Origin: Burkholderiales bacterium | GTDB taxonomy: Bacteria > Pseudomonadota > Gammaproteobacteria > Burkholderiales > SG8-41 | Direction: 5' to 3' | Assembly: GCA_019744975.1 (NCBI GenBank) | Contig: JAIETP010000020.1 | Location: 83,307 to 147,306 of the forward strand | DNA length: 64,000 nt | Shown here: piece after piece, positions 42,830-54,239 of the stretch | How the letters are laid out: every line of letters begins with the position of its first letter | Numbering within the stretch: position 1 is the stretch's first letter | Program-made: the position numbers and the translations under genes | The notes under the pieces: model-generated | What the model was told of the DNA's origin: nothing | Seen by the model: only the letters and a program-made list of their open reading frames with translations | Databases searched by the model: none

Positions 42830-44194
42830 ATGAGCATGTTGTTGACGGTAATTGCATTCATCGTGGCGCTCAGCGTACTGATCGTCGTGCACGAATACGG
42901 CCATTACTGGGTTGCCCGTCGCTGCAATGTCAAGGTTCTGCGGTTTTCAGTGGGATTCGGCAAGCCAATCTGGTCAAAGACGATCGGACCCGACGCAACG
43001 CAGTGGGTACTTGCCGCGATTCCGCTGGGCGGTTACGTGAAAATGCTCGACGAGCGCGAAGGCGACGTGGCACCACATGAACTGCACCGCGCCTTCAACC
43101 GGAAAACCGTATGGCAACGGTTTGCCATCGTGCTGGCAGGGCCGGTGGCCAATTTTCTCGCAGCGATTGTTTTGTACTGGGTTTTGTTTGTACACGGCAT
43201 ACCTGGTTTGGTCCCGGTGGTTGCCGAACCGCCTGCCGGCAGCACGGCGGCACGCGCCGGTTTTGTCGCCGGTGATACGGTGCAGGGCGTTGCCGGCATC
43301 AAGGTTCAGTCCTGGCAGGATTTCCGCTGGGTCATACTGCAACGCGCCCTCGACAAGGCACCCGTCGGCATCGAAGTAAAAACAGCCGAAGGTGTTGTAA
43401 TCAACCGGGAACTGCGTTTTGACGATCTGGCGCCGGAAGATCTCGAAAAAGACGTGCTGGCCGCTCTCGGCCTGTCCCGGGAAAGGCTGGTATTACCCGC
43501 GGTCATGGGCGAACTCACCGGTAACGGTGCGGCGGCAAAGGCTGGATTGCGTTTCGGTGACCGTGTCCTGAGCGTCAACGGCCAGCCGGTTGAAAACTGG
43601 GATGCCCTGGTCAAAAGTGTGCGTGCAGCGCCGGGTCAGGCCTTGCAGTTGCGGGTGCAACGGGGCGAAATCGAGATGCCCGTGGCCGTGACTCCCGACG
43701 TCATCGACGAACGTGGGGTCCGTTTCGGACGCATTGGCGCGTCGCCGAAGATGGACCAGAAGGCCATGCAGGGCATGCTCACCAGCGTCAGTTTCGGCCC
43801 GCTTGAGAGCCTGGGCAAGGCCGTGGTCAAAACCTGGGAAACAGCGCTGTTCAGTCTGCGCATGCTCGGCAAAATGGTTGTGGGTGAAGTCTCCCTGAAA
43901 AACCTGAGTGGCCCGATCACGATTGCTGATTATGCCGGCCAGTCAGCGCAGAACGGCTGGATATCCTATCTGCTGTTTCTGGGGCTGATCAGCATCAGCC
44001 TCGGTGTGCTGAATCTGCTGCCAGTGCCGTTATTGGACGGGGGGCACTTGATGTATTATTCGGTCGAGATTCTTACCGGGAAACCGGTCTCCGAAAAAGT
44101 CATGGAAGCTGGACAGCATGTTGGAGTGACCGTGTTGTTTGCGCTGATGGCTTTCGCCTTGTACAACGACATCAATCGCCTGATCGGCAGCTAA
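42830..44194 (+). CDS. rseP: RIP metalloprotease RseP
   Basis: HEYGH, two PDZ domains, NLLPVPLLDGGH. Confidence 0.96.
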   Translation: MSMLLTVIAFIVALSVLIVVHEYGHYWVARRCNVKVLRFSVGFGKPIWSKTIGPDATQWVLAAIPLGGYVKMLDEREGDVAPHELHRAFNRKTVWQRFAIVLAGPVANFLAAIVLYWVLFVHGIPGLVPVVAEPPAGSTAARAGFVAGDTVQGVAGIKVQSWQDFRWVILQRALDKAPVGIEVKTAEGVVINRELRFDDLAPEDLEKDVLAALGLSRERLVLPAVMGELTGNGAAAKAGLRFGDRVLSVNGQPVENWDALVKSVRAAPGQALQLRVQRGEIEMPVAVTPDVIDERGVRFGRIGASPKMDQKAMQGMLTSVSFGPLESLGKAVVKTWETALFSLRMLGKMVVGEVSLKNLSGPITIADYAGQSAQNGWISYLLFLGLISISLGVLNLLPVPLLDGGHLMYYSVEILTGKPVSEKVMEAGQHVGVTVLFALMAFALYNDINRLIGS

Positions 44195-44199
44195 TAAAT

Positions 44200-46467
44200 A
44201 TGGCATTTTTACGCGGGTTGTGTGGTGTGCTGGTGTTTTTTTGCGTGCCGGCGATGGCAATCGAACCATTTGTGGTCAAGGATATCCGCGTCGAAGGCAT
44301 ACAGCGGATCGAGGCCGGGACGGTATTCAGTTACCTGCCGGTCAAGGTTGGCGACACCATGACCGACGAGAAGGCCGGCCAGGCGATCAGGGCACTGTTC
44401 GGTACCGGTTTTTTCAAGGATGTGTCGATCGAAGCCGACGGCGGCGTGCTGGTGGTGGCCGTGCAGGAGCGGCCGTCGATTGCGCAGGTCGATTTTATCG
44501 GCACCAAGGAGTTCGAGAAGGACCAGTTGATCAAAAGCCTGCGCCAGCTTGGTCTGGGTGAGGGGCGGATTTTCGATCGTTCCCAGCTTGACCGTGCCGA
44601 ACAGGAATTGAAACGACAGTATCTCAGCCGTGGCCGCTACGCCGTCACCGTGACCACGACAGTGACCCCGCTGGAGAGAAACCGGGTCGGTATAAACTTC
44701 AATGTTGATGAGGGTGAGGTCGCCAAAATCCAGCAGATCAACATTATCGGCGCCAAGGTATTTCGCGAGAAAGACCTGACCGACCTGTTCACGTTGCGCA
44801 CGCCGGGTTGGATGACCTGGTGGAGCAAACATGACCAGTATTCCCGGCAGAAACTGTCCGCCGACCTTGAGGTGCTCCGCTCCCATTATCTCGACCGGGG
44901 TTACCTGGAATTCAATATTGATTCAACGCAGGTGACGATCTCGCCCGACAAAAAAGACATCTATATCAGTATCAGCTTGACGGAAGGCCCCAAGTACACG
45001 GTATCCGGGGTCAAAGTGGCCGGCGAGTTGCTGCTGCCTGAAGCGGAAATACTCAAGCTCATAACCGTAAAGCCCGGTGAGGTGTTTTCGCGGGCCCGGA
45101 TTTCCGAGTCCACAAAAAATATCAGCGAACGTCTGGGCAACGATGGCTACGCCTTTGCCAATGTGAATGCCTCACCCGACCTCGATAAGACCAAAAACCA
45201 GGCCTCATTCACATTTTTCATCGATCCGGGTCGGCGGGTTTATGTGCGCCGCATCAATGTCCAGGGCAACAACCGCACACGCGATGAAGTGATCCGTCGC
45301 GAAATGCGCCAGCTGGAAGGCGGCTGGTATTCAGGGGAAAAGATCAATCTTTCGCGCAGCCGCGTCGACAGGCTGGGTTATTTCACAGAGGTCAATGTCG
45401 AAACTCCGTCGGTTACGGGCACTACGGACCAGGTTGATGTGAACTTTTCGGTGGTTGAAAAACCGACCGGCAACATACTGCTCGGCGCCGGCTTCGGCAG
45501 CGGCGAGGGTGTGACACTGTCCGGATCAGTAGCCCAGCAAAACATTTTCGGCTCGGGTAAATATGTCGCGGTACAAGTCAATACGAGCAGGATCAATACG
45601 ACATACGGGCTTTCCTATACCGATCCTTACTTTACCGTCGACGGTATCAGCCAGGGTTTTGATGTTTATTCACGCGAAGTTGATGCCACGCGAGCAGGCA
45701 TCGGGCGCTATGTGACCAAAACCCTGGGCGGGGGGGTTCGTTTTGGCGTGCCGGTTACGGAGCGGGATACGATCACCTACGGCCTCGCCTACGAGAGCAC
45801 GGACATCACCACGTTTAGCGACAGTCCCTTGTTTTACAGGGATTATGTGACAACGTTCGGCAGCCAGAATGATGCCATTATCGGTACCGCCGGCTGGGTG
45901 CGCGACGGGCGGGACAGCCTGATTTACCCGACTAAGGGCACCCTGCAGCGGGCCTTCGGTGAAATCGGCCTGCCTGGAGGCACGCTTAAATATTACAAGG
46001 CGAATTACCAATACCAGCGCTATTTCCCGCTGACCCGGGATTACACCCTGATGCTGAATGGCGAGGCCGGCTATGGGGAGGGATCCGGGGCCAAGCCGCT
46101 GCCGTTTTTCAAGAATTTCTATGCGGGCGGTGTAAACTCCGTCCGTGGTTACCAGAATGCGACCCTGGGGCCCAGGGATTCGAATGGGGATTCGCGGGGT
46201 GGCAGCCGTCGGATGGTGGGCAACGCGGAATTCCTGTTCCCGTTCCCGGGACTGAAGAATGACAAATCGGTCCGGTTGAGCGGATTTTTCGATGCAGGCA
46301 TGATCGCCGAGAAATTCGAAACCGACGCCTTCCGCTATTCCACCGGACTGGCGGTATTCTGGTCTTCGCCATTCGGTCCTTTGAAGATTAGCATCGCGGC
46401 GCCGCTGAATTCCGAAGTTGGTGACAAGAAGCAGGCGTTTCAGTTTACGTTTGGTGGTGCGTTTTGA
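44200..46467 (+). CDS. bamA: Outer membrane protein assembly factor BamA
   Basis: POTRA domains (DIRVEGIQR), VRGY motif, C-terminal FQFTFGGAF. Confidence 0.97.
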   Translation: MAFLRGLCGVLVFFCVPAMAIEPFVVKDIRVEGIQRIEAGTVFSYLPVKVGDTMTDEKAGQAIRALFGTGFFKDVSIEADGGVLVVAVQERPSIAQVDFIGTKEFEKDQLIKSLRQLGLGEGRIFDRSQLDRAEQELKRQYLSRGRYAVTVTTTVTPLERNRVGINFNVDEGEVAKIQQINIIGAKVFREKDLTDLFTLRTPGWMTWWSKHDQYSRQKLSADLEVLRSHYLDRGYLEFNIDSTQVTISPDKKDIYISISLTEGPKYTVSGVKVAGELLLPEAEILKLITVKPGEVFSRARISESTKNISERLGNDGYAFANVNASPDLDKTKNQASFTFFIDPGRRVYVRRINVQGNNRTRDEVIRREMRQLEGGWYSGEKINLSRSRVDRLGYFTEVNVETPSVTGTTDQVDVNFSVVEKPTGNILLGAGFGSGEGVTLSGSVAQQNIFGSGKYVAVQVNTSRINTTYGLSYTDPYFTVDGISQGFDVYSREVDATRAGIGRYVTKTLGGGVRFGVPVTERDTITYGLAYESTDITTFSDSPLFYRDYVTTFGSQNDAIIGTAGWVRDGRDSLIYPTKGTLQRAFGEIGLPGGTLKYYKANYQYQRYFPLTRDYTLMLNGEAGYGEGSGAKPLPFFKNFYAGGVNSVRGYQNATLGPRDSNGDSRGGSRRMVGNAEFLFPFPGLKNDKSVRLSGFFDAGMIAEKFETDAFRYSTGLAVFWSSPFGPLKISIAAPLNSEVGDKKQAFQFTFGGAF

Positions 46468-46529
46468 TGAGCCTGGCGTGCAGGGATGAACCCGCTTGCC
46501 GCGCCGCATGGAGATTCAAGGAGAGCAAG

Positions 46530-47033
46530 TTGAAAATATTGTTTGGGGTATTGGCGATGATGGCCGTGGCATGTGGCAGCGCCTCAAGCCTTGCGGCCGA
46601 TTTGAAAATCGGATTTATCGATGCTGAACGCATCAACAAGGAAAGTGTTCCGGCGGAGCGGGCCAGCAAACAGCTGGAAAAGGAATTCGCGCCGCGGGCG
46701 CAGGAATTGCAGCGGCGGGAAGCGCAGATCAAGACGCTGCAGGGGCAGCTGGAAAAGGATGCCCTGACCCTGGGCGAAGCCGAGCGGCGCACCAAGGAGC
46801 AGGAACTGGGGCGACTGACGCTGGATTTTCAGCGCATGCAGCGTGAATACCGCGAAGATCTGAATCTGCGTCGCAACCAGGAATTGGGCGCCCTGTTCGA
46901 GCGGGCCAACCGTGTCATCCGGCAGATAGCAGAGGCGGAAAAGTACGACATCATTTTCCAGGAAGCGGTGTATCGCAATCCCAAGATCGATATCACCGAA
47001 AAGGTGCTGAAGGCACTGGCCGAAGGCAAATAG
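46530..47033 (+). CDS. skp: OmpH/Skp periplasmic chaperone
   Basis: TTG start after AAGGAG, signal peptide, KIGFID, DITEKVLKAL. Confidence 0.92.
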   Translation: MKILFGVLAMMAVACGSASSLAADLKIGFIDAERINKESVPAERASKQLEKEFAPRAQELQRREAQIKTLQGQLEKDALTLGEAERRTKEQELGRLTLDFQRMQREYREDLNLRRNQELGALFERANRVIRQIAEAEKYDIIFQEAVYRNPKIDITEKVLKALAEGK

Positions 47034-47088
47034 CGGTGTGCGGCATGGCTCCGCGGTGCCGTTATCCAGACACTCTTTTGAGCGCCCG

Positions 47089-48141
47089 ATGGAGAATCAA
47101 CTGCCACCGTCACTGAGCCTGGGGGAGATTGTCGGCCGCCTGGGTGGTGAATTGATCGGCGACGCCAGCGTCAAAGTCAGACAAGTGGCGACGCTGGAAA
47201 AAGCGGCGCCGGACACCATCGCCTTTCTTGCCAATGAGCGTTATCTCGGGCAATTGAAAACCACCCGCGCCGGCGCGGTCATTGTCGGGGCCAAGTTGTC
47301 CGAACCACTGGACATGCCGCGCATCGTGGCAGTTAATCCCTATGCCTACTTTGCCCGCGTGTCGGCATTGTTCAATCCGGTGCCGGCAAACGTGGCGGGA
47401 ATCCATCCTGCTGCGGTTGTGCATCCACAGGCGATTTTGGGGGCGGGCGTGTATATCGGTCCCGGCGCAGTGATCGAGGCGGGGGTGACCCTAGGCAAGA
47501 ACTGCAGTATCGGCGCCGGTACCTGCCTCGGTGCCGGCGTCGAAGTCGGTGAAGGCGGCATGCTCTACCCGAATGTCACGGTTTATCATGGTTGCAAGCT
47601 GGGCAAACGGGTCATTATTCATGCCGGGGCCGTCATCGGTGCAGACGGATTCGGTATCGCAATGGACGATGGGCGCTGGCTCAAGGTGCCGCAGATCGGA
47701 CGTGTTGTGATCGGCGACGATGTTGAAATCGGCGCCAATACCACCATCGACCGGGGTGCCATAGACGACACGGTCATCGAGGACGGCGTAAAACTCGACA
47801 ACCAGATCCAGGTCGGGCACAACGTGCGCATCGGTGCACATACCGCCATTGCCGCCTGCGTCGGCATCGCCGGCAGCTCGCGCATCGGGCGTCTGTGCCG
47901 GATCGGTGGTGCATCCGGTATTGCCGGCCATCTGACGATCACTGATAACGTCGAAATTTCCGCGCATACGCTGGTGACAAAATCCATCACCGAAGCGGGA
48001 ACCTATACCGGCGCCTACCCCTTCGAAAACAACCGTGACTGGCGCCGCAACGCGGCCAGCCTGCGCAATCTCGGCGAGCTGACAACAAGGGTTCGCGCAA
48101 TGGAGCAGGAACTAAAGCAGGGTAAAAAAGGAAAATCATGA
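47089..48141 (+). CDS. lpxD: UDP-3-O-acylglucosamine N-acyltransferase
   Basis: Hexapeptide repeats, [24 protein letters not shown]; start revised to 47089. Confidence 0.96.
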   Translation: MENQLPPSLSLGEIVGRLGGELIGDASVKVRQVATLEKAAPDTIAFLANERYLGQLKTTRAGAVIVGAKLSEPLDMPRIVAVNPYAYFARVSALFNPVPANVAGIHPAAVVHPQAILGAGVYIGPGAVIEAGVTLGKNCSIGAGTCLGAGVEVGEGGMLYPNVTVYHGCKLGKRVIIHAGAVIGADGFGIAMDDGRWLKVPQIGRVVIGDDVEIGANTTIDRGAIDDTVIEDGVKLDNQIQVGHNVRIGAHTAIAACVGIAGSSRIGRLCRIGGASGIAGHLTITDNVEISAHTLVTKSITEAGTYTGAYPFENNRDWRRNAASLRNLGELTTRVRAMEQELKQGKKGKS

Positions 48142-48596
48142 ACAGCATGGACATCAATGAAGTCCTGCGTTATCTGCCGCATCGTTATCCGTTCCTGCTG
48201 ATCGACAGGGTGCTGTCGTACGAGCCGGGGGAAAACCTGGTGGCGTTGAAAAACGTCACCATTAACGAGCCCTTTTTCAACGGGCATTTTCCGCACCATC
48301 CGGTGATGCCCGGTGTGCTGATCATCGAGGCGATGGCGCAGGCGGCGGCGATTTTGTCGTTCGTTACCATGGGCGCCAAGGCGAATGACCAGTCGATCTA
48401 TTATTTTGTCGGTATCGACAACGCGCGCTTCAAGCGGCCGGTCACTGCCGGGGATGCGCTCCATCTGCATGTCACGCTGACGCGGCATGTGCGCGGCATC
48501 TGGAAATTTGCCGCCGAGGCCCGTGTCGGCGACACGGTGGCGGCCGAGGCCGAGTTGATGTGCACCGTGCGCGACCTGCCGGGCGACGCGGCCTGA
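48138..48596 (+). CDS. fabZ: 3-hydroxyacyl-ACP dehydratase
   Basis: [31 protein letters not shown]. Confidence 0.97.
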   Translation: MNSMDINEVLRYLPHRYPFLLIDRVLSYEPGENLVALKNVTINEPFFNGHFPHHPVMPGVLIIEAMAQAAAILSFVTMGAKANDQSIYYFVGIDNARFKRPVTAGDALHLHVTLTRHVRGIWKFAAEARVGDTVAAEAELMCTVRDLPGDAA

Positions 48597-48604
48597 GGCT
48601 TGCC

Positions 48605-49384
48605 GTGGCTGCGTTCGTTCATTCCACCGCTATTGTCGATCCCGGGGCGCAGCTCGCTGCCGATGTCACGGTCGGTCCGTATTCGATCATCGGGGCCGAT
48701 GTCGAAATCGGCGCCGGTACCCGCATCGGCCCTCATGTCGTGATCGGTGAACATACCCGTATCGGCGCCCGCAACAGGATTTTCCAGTTCTGCTCCATCG
48801 GTGAGGAGCCGCAGGACAAAAAATACGCCGGCGAGCCGACGCGGCTGGAAATCGGCGACGACAACACCATCCGTGAGTTCTGCACCCTGAACCGCGGCAC
48901 CGCCCAGGATGCGGGTGTCACCCGGGTCGGCAACCACAACTGGATCATGGCCTATGTGCATCTTGCCCATGACTGCCAGATCGGCAACCAGACGATTTTT
49001 GCCAATAACGCGCAGCTTGCCGGGCATGTCTATGTCGGTGATCACGCGATCCTTGGCGGATTCACGGTGGTGCACCAGTTCTGCCGCATCGGCGCCCACA
49101 GCATTACCGCGATGGGCACGATCCTGTTGCAGGACCTGCCGCCGTATGTGATGGCCTCGGGCAATACCGCCGAACCGCATGGCATCAATGCCGAGGGCCT
49201 CAAGCGCCGCGGATACGCCGCGGACGCCATATCCGCGATCAAACGCGCGTACAAGGCACTGTATAAATCCGGGCTGTCCTTTGATGCGGCCGTCGCACAG
49301 ATTACGGCCGAGGCCGCAACACAACCGGCATTGCAGCCGCTGGCCGCGTTCCTGGCGACGCCGGGCCGCGGCATCATCCGCTGA
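48605..49384 (+). CDS. lpxA: UDP-N-acetylglucosamine O-acyltransferase
   Basis: PQDKKY, REFCTLNRGT, HLAHDC; GTG start at 48605. Confidence 0.96.
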   Translation: MAAFVHSTAIVDPGAQLAADVTVGPYSIIGADVEIGAGTRIGPHVVIGEHTRIGARNRIFQFCSIGEEPQDKKYAGEPTRLEIGDDNTIREFCTLNRGTAQDAGVTRVGNHNWIMAYVHLAHDCQIGNQTIFANNAQLAGHVYVGDHAILGGFTVVHQFCRIGAHSITAMGTILLQDLPPYVMASGNTAEPHGINAEGLKRRGYAADAISAIKRAYKALYKSGLSFDAAVAQITAEAATQPALQPLAAFLATPGRGIIR

Positions 49385-49389
49385 ATCCC

Positions 49390-50562
49390 GTGCCGCCAGA
49401 GAAAAAACCGGCAGGTCCGCTGGTCGGTATTGTTGCGGGTGAACCTTCGGGTGACCTGCTGGGCGGGGCATTGGTGCAGGCTCTGCGCAAACACATGCCG
49501 GGAGCGCGGTTTGTCGGCATCTGTGGTCCGCAGATGATGGCCGCCGGCGTGAAATCGCTGTTTCCGCTGGAAAAACTCTCGGTACGCGGTTATGTCGAAG
49601 TGCTGCGGCATTACCGTGAAATCATCGGCATCCGGCGCGAGCTGAAAAAATATTTTCTGAGCGAGCGTCCGGCGGTGTTCATCGGCATCGATGCGCCGGA
49701 TTTTAATCTCGACCTTGAAGCCGATCTGAAGGCTGCCGGAATTCCGGCGATCCATTACGTCAGTCCGTCGATCTGGGCCTGGCGCGGCGGACGCATCCGC
49801 AAAATCCGCAAAGCCGTGTCGCGGATGCTGACGGTGTTTCCCTTCGAGCCGGAAATCTACGAAAAAGCGGGGATACCCGTGAGTTATGTCGGGCATCCGC
49901 TGGCCGACATGCTGGCCGGAGCGCCGTCGCGCACCGAGGCGCGCGCGGGACTGCGCATCCCCGTGTCGGCGCCGGTGGTCGCGCTGCTGCCCGGCAGCCG
50001 TGTCAGCGAACTCGAAAATCTCGCCGATGTGTATGTGGCTGCCGCGGAAAAAATTGCCGCGGAAATTGACGGCGTGCGCCTGCTGGTGCCGCTGGTCAAC
50101 CGTGAGACGCGGGAACTGTTCGAGGCGGCGCTGTATCGCCGGCAAAGCGGCGAACTGGAAATCAAGCTGCTGTTCGGCCATGCCCATGAGGCGATGGCGG
50201 CAGCAGACGTGGTGCTGGTGGCCTCGGGTACGGCGACGCTGGAGGCAGCGCTGCTGCAGCGGGCGATGGTGATCACCTATCGCATGCCGCGGCTGAGCTG
50301 GTGGATCATGAACAGCCGGCGTTACCAGCCCTGGGTGGGATTGCCCAATATTCTTGCCGGCGAATTCGTGGTGCCGGAACTGCTGCAGGATGCCGCGACA
50401 GCGGAGGCCTTGTCGGCGGCGGTCATCGACCTGCTGCGCGACAAGGACAAACGCAAAGCCATTGAGGCGCGTTTTGCGCAAATGGCAGTTGAGCTGCGCC
50501 ATGACGCCGCTGAACGCGCGGCCGAGGCGATATTGCCTTATCTCAATGGCAGCGCAACTTGA
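49390..50562 (+). CDS. lpxB: Lipid-A-disaccharide synthase
   Basis: [40 protein letters not shown]. Confidence 0.96.
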   Translation: MPPEKKPAGPLVGIVAGEPSGDLLGGALVQALRKHMPGARFVGICGPQMMAAGVKSLFPLEKLSVRGYVEVLRHYREIIGIRRELKKYFLSERPAVFIGIDAPDFNLDLEADLKAAGIPAIHYVSPSIWAWRGGRIRKIRKAVSRMLTVFPFEPEIYEKAGIPVSYVGHPLADMLAGAPSRTEARAGLRIPVSAPVVALLPGSRVSELENLADVYVAAAEKIAAEIDGVRLLVPLVNRETRELFEAALYRRQSGELEIKLLFGHAHEAMAAADVVLVASGTATLEAALLQRAMVITYRMPRLSWWIMNSRRYQPWVGLPNILAGEFVVPELLQDAATAEALSAAVIDLLRDKDKRKAIEARFAQMAVELRHDAAERAAEAILPYLNGSAT

Positions 50563-51125
50563 GCGTGGTGATCTGTGGCGTCGATGAAGCAGGGCGCGGA
50601 CCGCTGGCCGGCCCGGTATTTGCCGCCGCGGTGATCCTCGACGATCCGCCACTGATCAAAGGTCTGGCGGACTCCAAAAAACTCACGGCCAAACGCCGCG
50701 ATGCGCTGTTTGAGGAAATTAAATCGCATGCCGTCGCCTGGGCCGTGGCCAGCGCCAGCGTCGAGGAAATCGATGCCATCAACATCCTGCAGGCGAGCCT
50801 CTTGGCGATGCGCCGCGCGGTGCTGGCGCTGACGCCGCAGCCTGCATCTATCCTGGTGGATGGTCTCTACGTGCCCAAAGTTGCGATGCCGGCGCGTGCC
50901 ATCGTGCAGGGGGATGCCACGGTGCCGGCGATTTCGGCGGCGTCGATACTGGCCAAGGTGGCGCGTGATGCGCTGATGCTGGAATTACATGCCGCCTATC
51001 CTGATTACGGCTTTGACCGGCACAAGGGATACGGTACTGCGGTGCATATGGCGGCGCTGCGTCGCCTGGGGCCGACGCCGGCCCATAGACGCAGTTTTGC
51101 CCCGGTGCGGGCGCTCATAAAATAA
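50559..51125 (+). CDS. rnhB: Ribonuclease HII
   Basis: [38 protein letters not shown]. Confidence 0.97.
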   Translation: MSVVICGVDEAGRGPLAGPVFAAAVILDDPPLIKGLADSKKLTAKRRDALFEEIKSHAVAWAVASASVEEIDAINILQASLLAMRRAVLALTPQPASILVDGLYVPKVAMPARAIVQGDATVPAISAASILAKVARDALMLELHAAYPDYGFDRHKGYGTAVHMAALRRLGPTPAHRRSFAPVRALIK

Positions 51126-51127
51126 TT

Positions 51128-51146
51128 AATAAAATCAAATACTTAT
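51128..51146 (+). repeat. Dispersed AT-rich IHF-like motif, copy 6 (AATAAAATCAAATACTTAT)
   Basis: 19/19 identical to copy 2; in the convergent rnhB/senB spacer. Confidence 0.78.
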
Positions 51147-51155
51147 GATATACAG

Positions 51156-52100
51156 TCATAGCTCGGTTAATAGGGCGCGCAACCCGCGTTTTTCCTGCGC
51201 GACGCTGATCAGCCTGCGGCGTTCGGTGCATTGCGCGCGCAGCACCGCGAGAAATTTCGTTTTGGTTTCGATGCTGTGCAGCAGTTTTGCCAGCGCCTGC
51301 GCATCGCTGACCGGGTAATAACCGCGATAAGCGCGGCCGAGCATGCCGACATTGCCGGAAATATTTGAGGCGATCACCGGCACCCGCGCCATCAGTGCTT
51401 CGCTGATGACATTGGCGCCGCCTTCCATGCGTGAACTCAACAGCATCGCGCGGGCGCGCGCCAGCGTGGCCAGCGCCTGCGGTCGCGCCAGCTCACCCAT
51501 CCAGACATAACGCGGTTCACGTTTCATCCAGCGCTGCGCTTCGGCGGCCATGGCTGGATCGCGCGCGCCGCCGATATGGGTGAGGCGGATACGGCTGTCG
51601 GCGGGCAGGTATTGCAGCGCAGCCGCACCGCAGAAGGGATCCTTTTCATCGCGCAAATGCCCGCTGAGGACGATTTCAAAGCAGGACTTGAGCGGGGGCT
51701 GGCGGGGTATTGTTTCGCAGGACTGGTAAATCACCCGGGTCTTGCGCCGCAGGCGCGGCGGGAGTTCGCGCAGCCCCATGTCCTGCAGCACCACCATGCG
51801 TGTCGCCAGTTCCAGTGATTCCTGGGCATTGGCATCGTTGTGGATGTCGCGATAAAGATCAGTGCCGGTCAGGGCCAGGATCAGCGGGCGCTCCGGATAC
51901 CGTTCAGCAAAACGTGCGATGGAATCGTGGCTGCGCCGTGCATGTAATGCCAGCAGCAGGTCGGCGCTGCGGCCGTTCCATTGCTGCTGCACGCCGACCT
52001 GATGTCCGAGTTCGCGCAGCAGCTGTGCCCAGCGCACGGCGGTATTGCGGTTGCCGTAACGCGAAGTCGCGGCGGCGGGTGTGATCAATGCAATTTTCAT
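51156..52100 (-). CDS. senB: Selenosugar synthase SenB-like glycosyltransferase (TIGR04348 type)
   Basis: MKIALITP...GNRNTAVRW, LALHARRS, LTGTDLY, GHLRDEKDP, SRMEGGANVISEA; start revised to 52100. Confidence 0.85.
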   Translation of the reverse strand: MKIALITPAAATSRYGNRNTAVRWAQLLRELGHQVGVQQQWNGRSADLLLALHARRSHDSIARFAERYPERPLILALTGTDLYRDIHNDANAQESLELATRMVVLQDMGLRELPPRLRRKTRVIYQSCETIPRQPPLKSCFEIVLSGHLRDEKDPFCGAAALQYLPADSRIRLTHIGGARDPAMAAEAQRWMKREPRYVWMGELARPQALATLARARAMLLSSRMEGGANVISEALMARVPVIASNISGNVGMLGRAYRGYYPVSDAQALAKLLHSIETKTKFLAVLRAQCTERRRLISVAQEKRGLRALLTEL

Positions 52101-52154
52101 CAGCAGGATTATCCGGATACACTTCGGGGCCAATATAACAAACCCGCCAGCCTG

Positions 52155-53447
52155 ATGAATGTGATTGAACAAGCTGCCGTCCCCGTATTGAGCGCCATGC
52201 TCGATGCCGCGCGCTCGCGCACGCTGCAGCTCATCGACGGGCTGGCAGGCGGGCAGTGGCTGGGCCCCAGGCTGGCCATCGTCAATCCGCCGTTGTGGGA
52301 ACTCGGCCACCTCGGCTGGTTTCAGGAATACTGGTGCCTGCGCCGCGGCCAGGATGGCACAGTGTCGGCGAGCCTGCTGCCGCAGGCGGATGCGCTGTAC
52401 GATTCAGCGAAAGTGCAGCATCGAACGCGCTGGGATCTGCCCTTGCCGGATGTTACCGGCACATTGAGCTATCTGGCTGACGTCCGGGGCGCCGTTGACG
52501 AGCGCCTGAAACGCGATGCCGGGGATCCGGATCTGCAGTATTTCGCGCAACTTTCCGTTTTGCATGAGGAGATGCATGCCGAAGCACTGACCTATACGCG
52601 GCAGACCCTGGCCTATCCCGAGCCCGCGACGCCGAGGCGTGCCATCGGTGGCGGTTCCTGCCCGGGTGATGTGGAAATTGCTGGCGGGCCTTTTCACCTG
52701 GGCGCGGTTGATGATGGCGCATTTGTCTTCGACAACGAAAAATGGTCGCATGTGGTGAATGTAAAACCCTTCAGCATGGCGCGCGTGCCGGTGACCAATG
52801 TGCAGTTCGCCGAGTTTGTCGATGCCGGGGGTTACCGCGAACAACGCTGGTGGGATGATGAAGGCAGGGCGTGGTGCAACAGAGAGGGCGCTATTGCGCC
52901 GCTGTACTGGTGGCGTGCAGACAATGTCTGGCATCGACGTTATTTTGACCGCGAAGAAATGCTTGTGGATGACGAACCGGTCATTCATGTCAACTGGCAT
53001 GAAGCCGCTGCATGGTGCCGCTGGGCCGGGCGACGTCTGCCGACCGAAGCGGAATGGGAATTTGCCGCCGCAACCGTGCCCGGCATGCCCGGCATCAAAC
53101 GCCGTTATCCCTGGGGGGATGCCGCGCCTTCTGTGGAAACCGCCAACCTTTATGGCACTGCCGGTCGCTGTGTGCCGGTGGGGGGCTGTGCCGCCGGCGA
53201 CAGCGCCTGGGGCCTGCGCCAGATGATCGGCAATGTCTGGGAATGGACCGCGGACTGGTTTCAGCCGTACCCGGGTTTTGTGCGCGATCCCTATGCCGAA
53301 TATTCCGAGCCCTGGTTCGGCAACCATAAAGTGCTGCGTGGCGGCTGCCATGCCACGAGTGCCGGCCTGATCCGCAATACCTGGCGAAATTTTTATACGC
53401 CGGACCGGCGTGACGTGTTTGCCGGATTCCGCAGCTGTGCCTTATAG
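52155..53447 (+). CDS. senA: Selenoneine synthase SenA (EgtB-like DinB + FGE-sulfatase non-heme iron enzyme)
   Basis: NPPLWELGHLGWFQE and HEEMHAEA (SenA-type; EgtB typically has HEQQHQE), RLPTEAEWE, GNVWEWT, RNFY.PDRRD.FAGFR; start revised to 52155. Confidence 0.82.
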   Translation: MNVIEQAAVPVLSAMLDAARSRTLQLIDGLAGGQWLGPRLAIVNPPLWELGHLGWFQEYWCLRRGQDGTVSASLLPQADALYDSAKVQHRTRWDLPLPDVTGTLSYLADVRGAVDERLKRDAGDPDLQYFAQLSVLHEEMHAEALTYTRQTLAYPEPATPRRAIGGGSCPGDVEIAGGPFHLGAVDDGAFVFDNEKWSHVVNVKPFSMARVPVTNVQFAEFVDAGGYREQRWWDDEGRAWCNREGAIAPLYWWRADNVWHRRYFDREEMLVDDEPVIHVNWHEAAAWCRWAGRRLPTEAEWEFAAATVPGMPGIKRRYPWGDAAPSVETANLYGTAGRCVPVGGCAAGDSAWGLRQMIGNVWEWTADWFQPYPGFVRDPYAEYSEPWFGNHKVLRGGCHATSAGLIRNTWRNFYTPDRRDVFAGFRSCAL

Positions 53448-53456
53448 AAAACCCCG

Positions 53457-54239
53457 ATGAAAGCCATCACCTCCGCCGACAATCCGCGTTTCCGTGCACT
53501 GCTGAAGCTGGCGCATTCGTCGCGAGAGCGCCGTGATGCCGGGCTGTCGCTGCTCGACGGCATACACCTGGTCGCGGCTTACGCGGAGCATGTGGGCGTG
53601 CCAAACGAGATTGTATTGAATCACGACGGCGCGGAGAACCTTGAAGTGGCGCAATTGCTGGCCAGGCTGAAAATCGACAACGCGCTGCTGTTGTCGGATG
53701 CGTTGTTCCGCCAGCTGTCTTCGGTGGCCACACCCACCGGCATCATCGCCGTGGTGTCGACGCCGCGGCTTGCAATACCGCAGCAGTTGCAGGGTGCCAG
53801 TGTGTGGCTGGAAGACATCCAGGATCCGGGCAACGTCGGTTCCATCCTGCGCTCGGCAGCGGCGGCCGGCATTGCCACGGTTTGCCTGTCGCGGCATTCT
53901 GTACACGCCTGGTCGCCGCGGGTGTTGCGCGCCGGAATGGGCGCGCATTTTGCGTTGCGCGTGATCGAAGCTGTGGATCTGCCGTTGCTGGCACAGAGTT
54001 ACACCGGACGCATCATTGCCACCGGCATGGGGCGGGGCAGGCCGGTGTTTGAGGCTGATCTGACCGGGGATGTGGCGCTGCTGTTTGGTAATGAAGGCGC
54101 CGGCCTGTCACCGGCACTGGCCGCGCTGGCGCATGAAACCGTGCATATCCCGATGCCGGGCCGTGCGGAATCGCTGAATGTTGCTGCCGCCGCCGCGGTG
54201 TGCCTGTTCGAGCGGGTGCGGCAATTGCAAGGCGGCTAG
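53457..54239 (+). CDS. TrmH/SpoU-family RNA methyltransferase
   Basis: [34 protein letters not shown]. Confidence 0.92.
   Translation: MKAITSADNPRFRALLKLAHSSRERRDAGLSLLDGIHLVAAYAEHVGVPNEIVLNHDGAENLEVAQLLARLKIDNALLLSDALFRQLSSVATPTGIIAVVSTPRLAIPQQLQGASVWLEDIQDPGNVGSILRSAAAAGIATVCLSRHSVHAWSPRVLRAGMGAHFALRVIEAVDLPLLAQSYTGRIIATGMGRGRPVFEADLTGDVALLFGNEGAGLSPALAALAHETVHIPMPGRAESLNVAAAAAVCLFERVRQLQGG

Noticed and set aside
51981-52310. Apparent overlap of extended senA and senB ORFs
   Set aside because: Family-typical N-termini begin at 52100 (minus) and 52155 (plus); the extensions are ORF-caller artefacts
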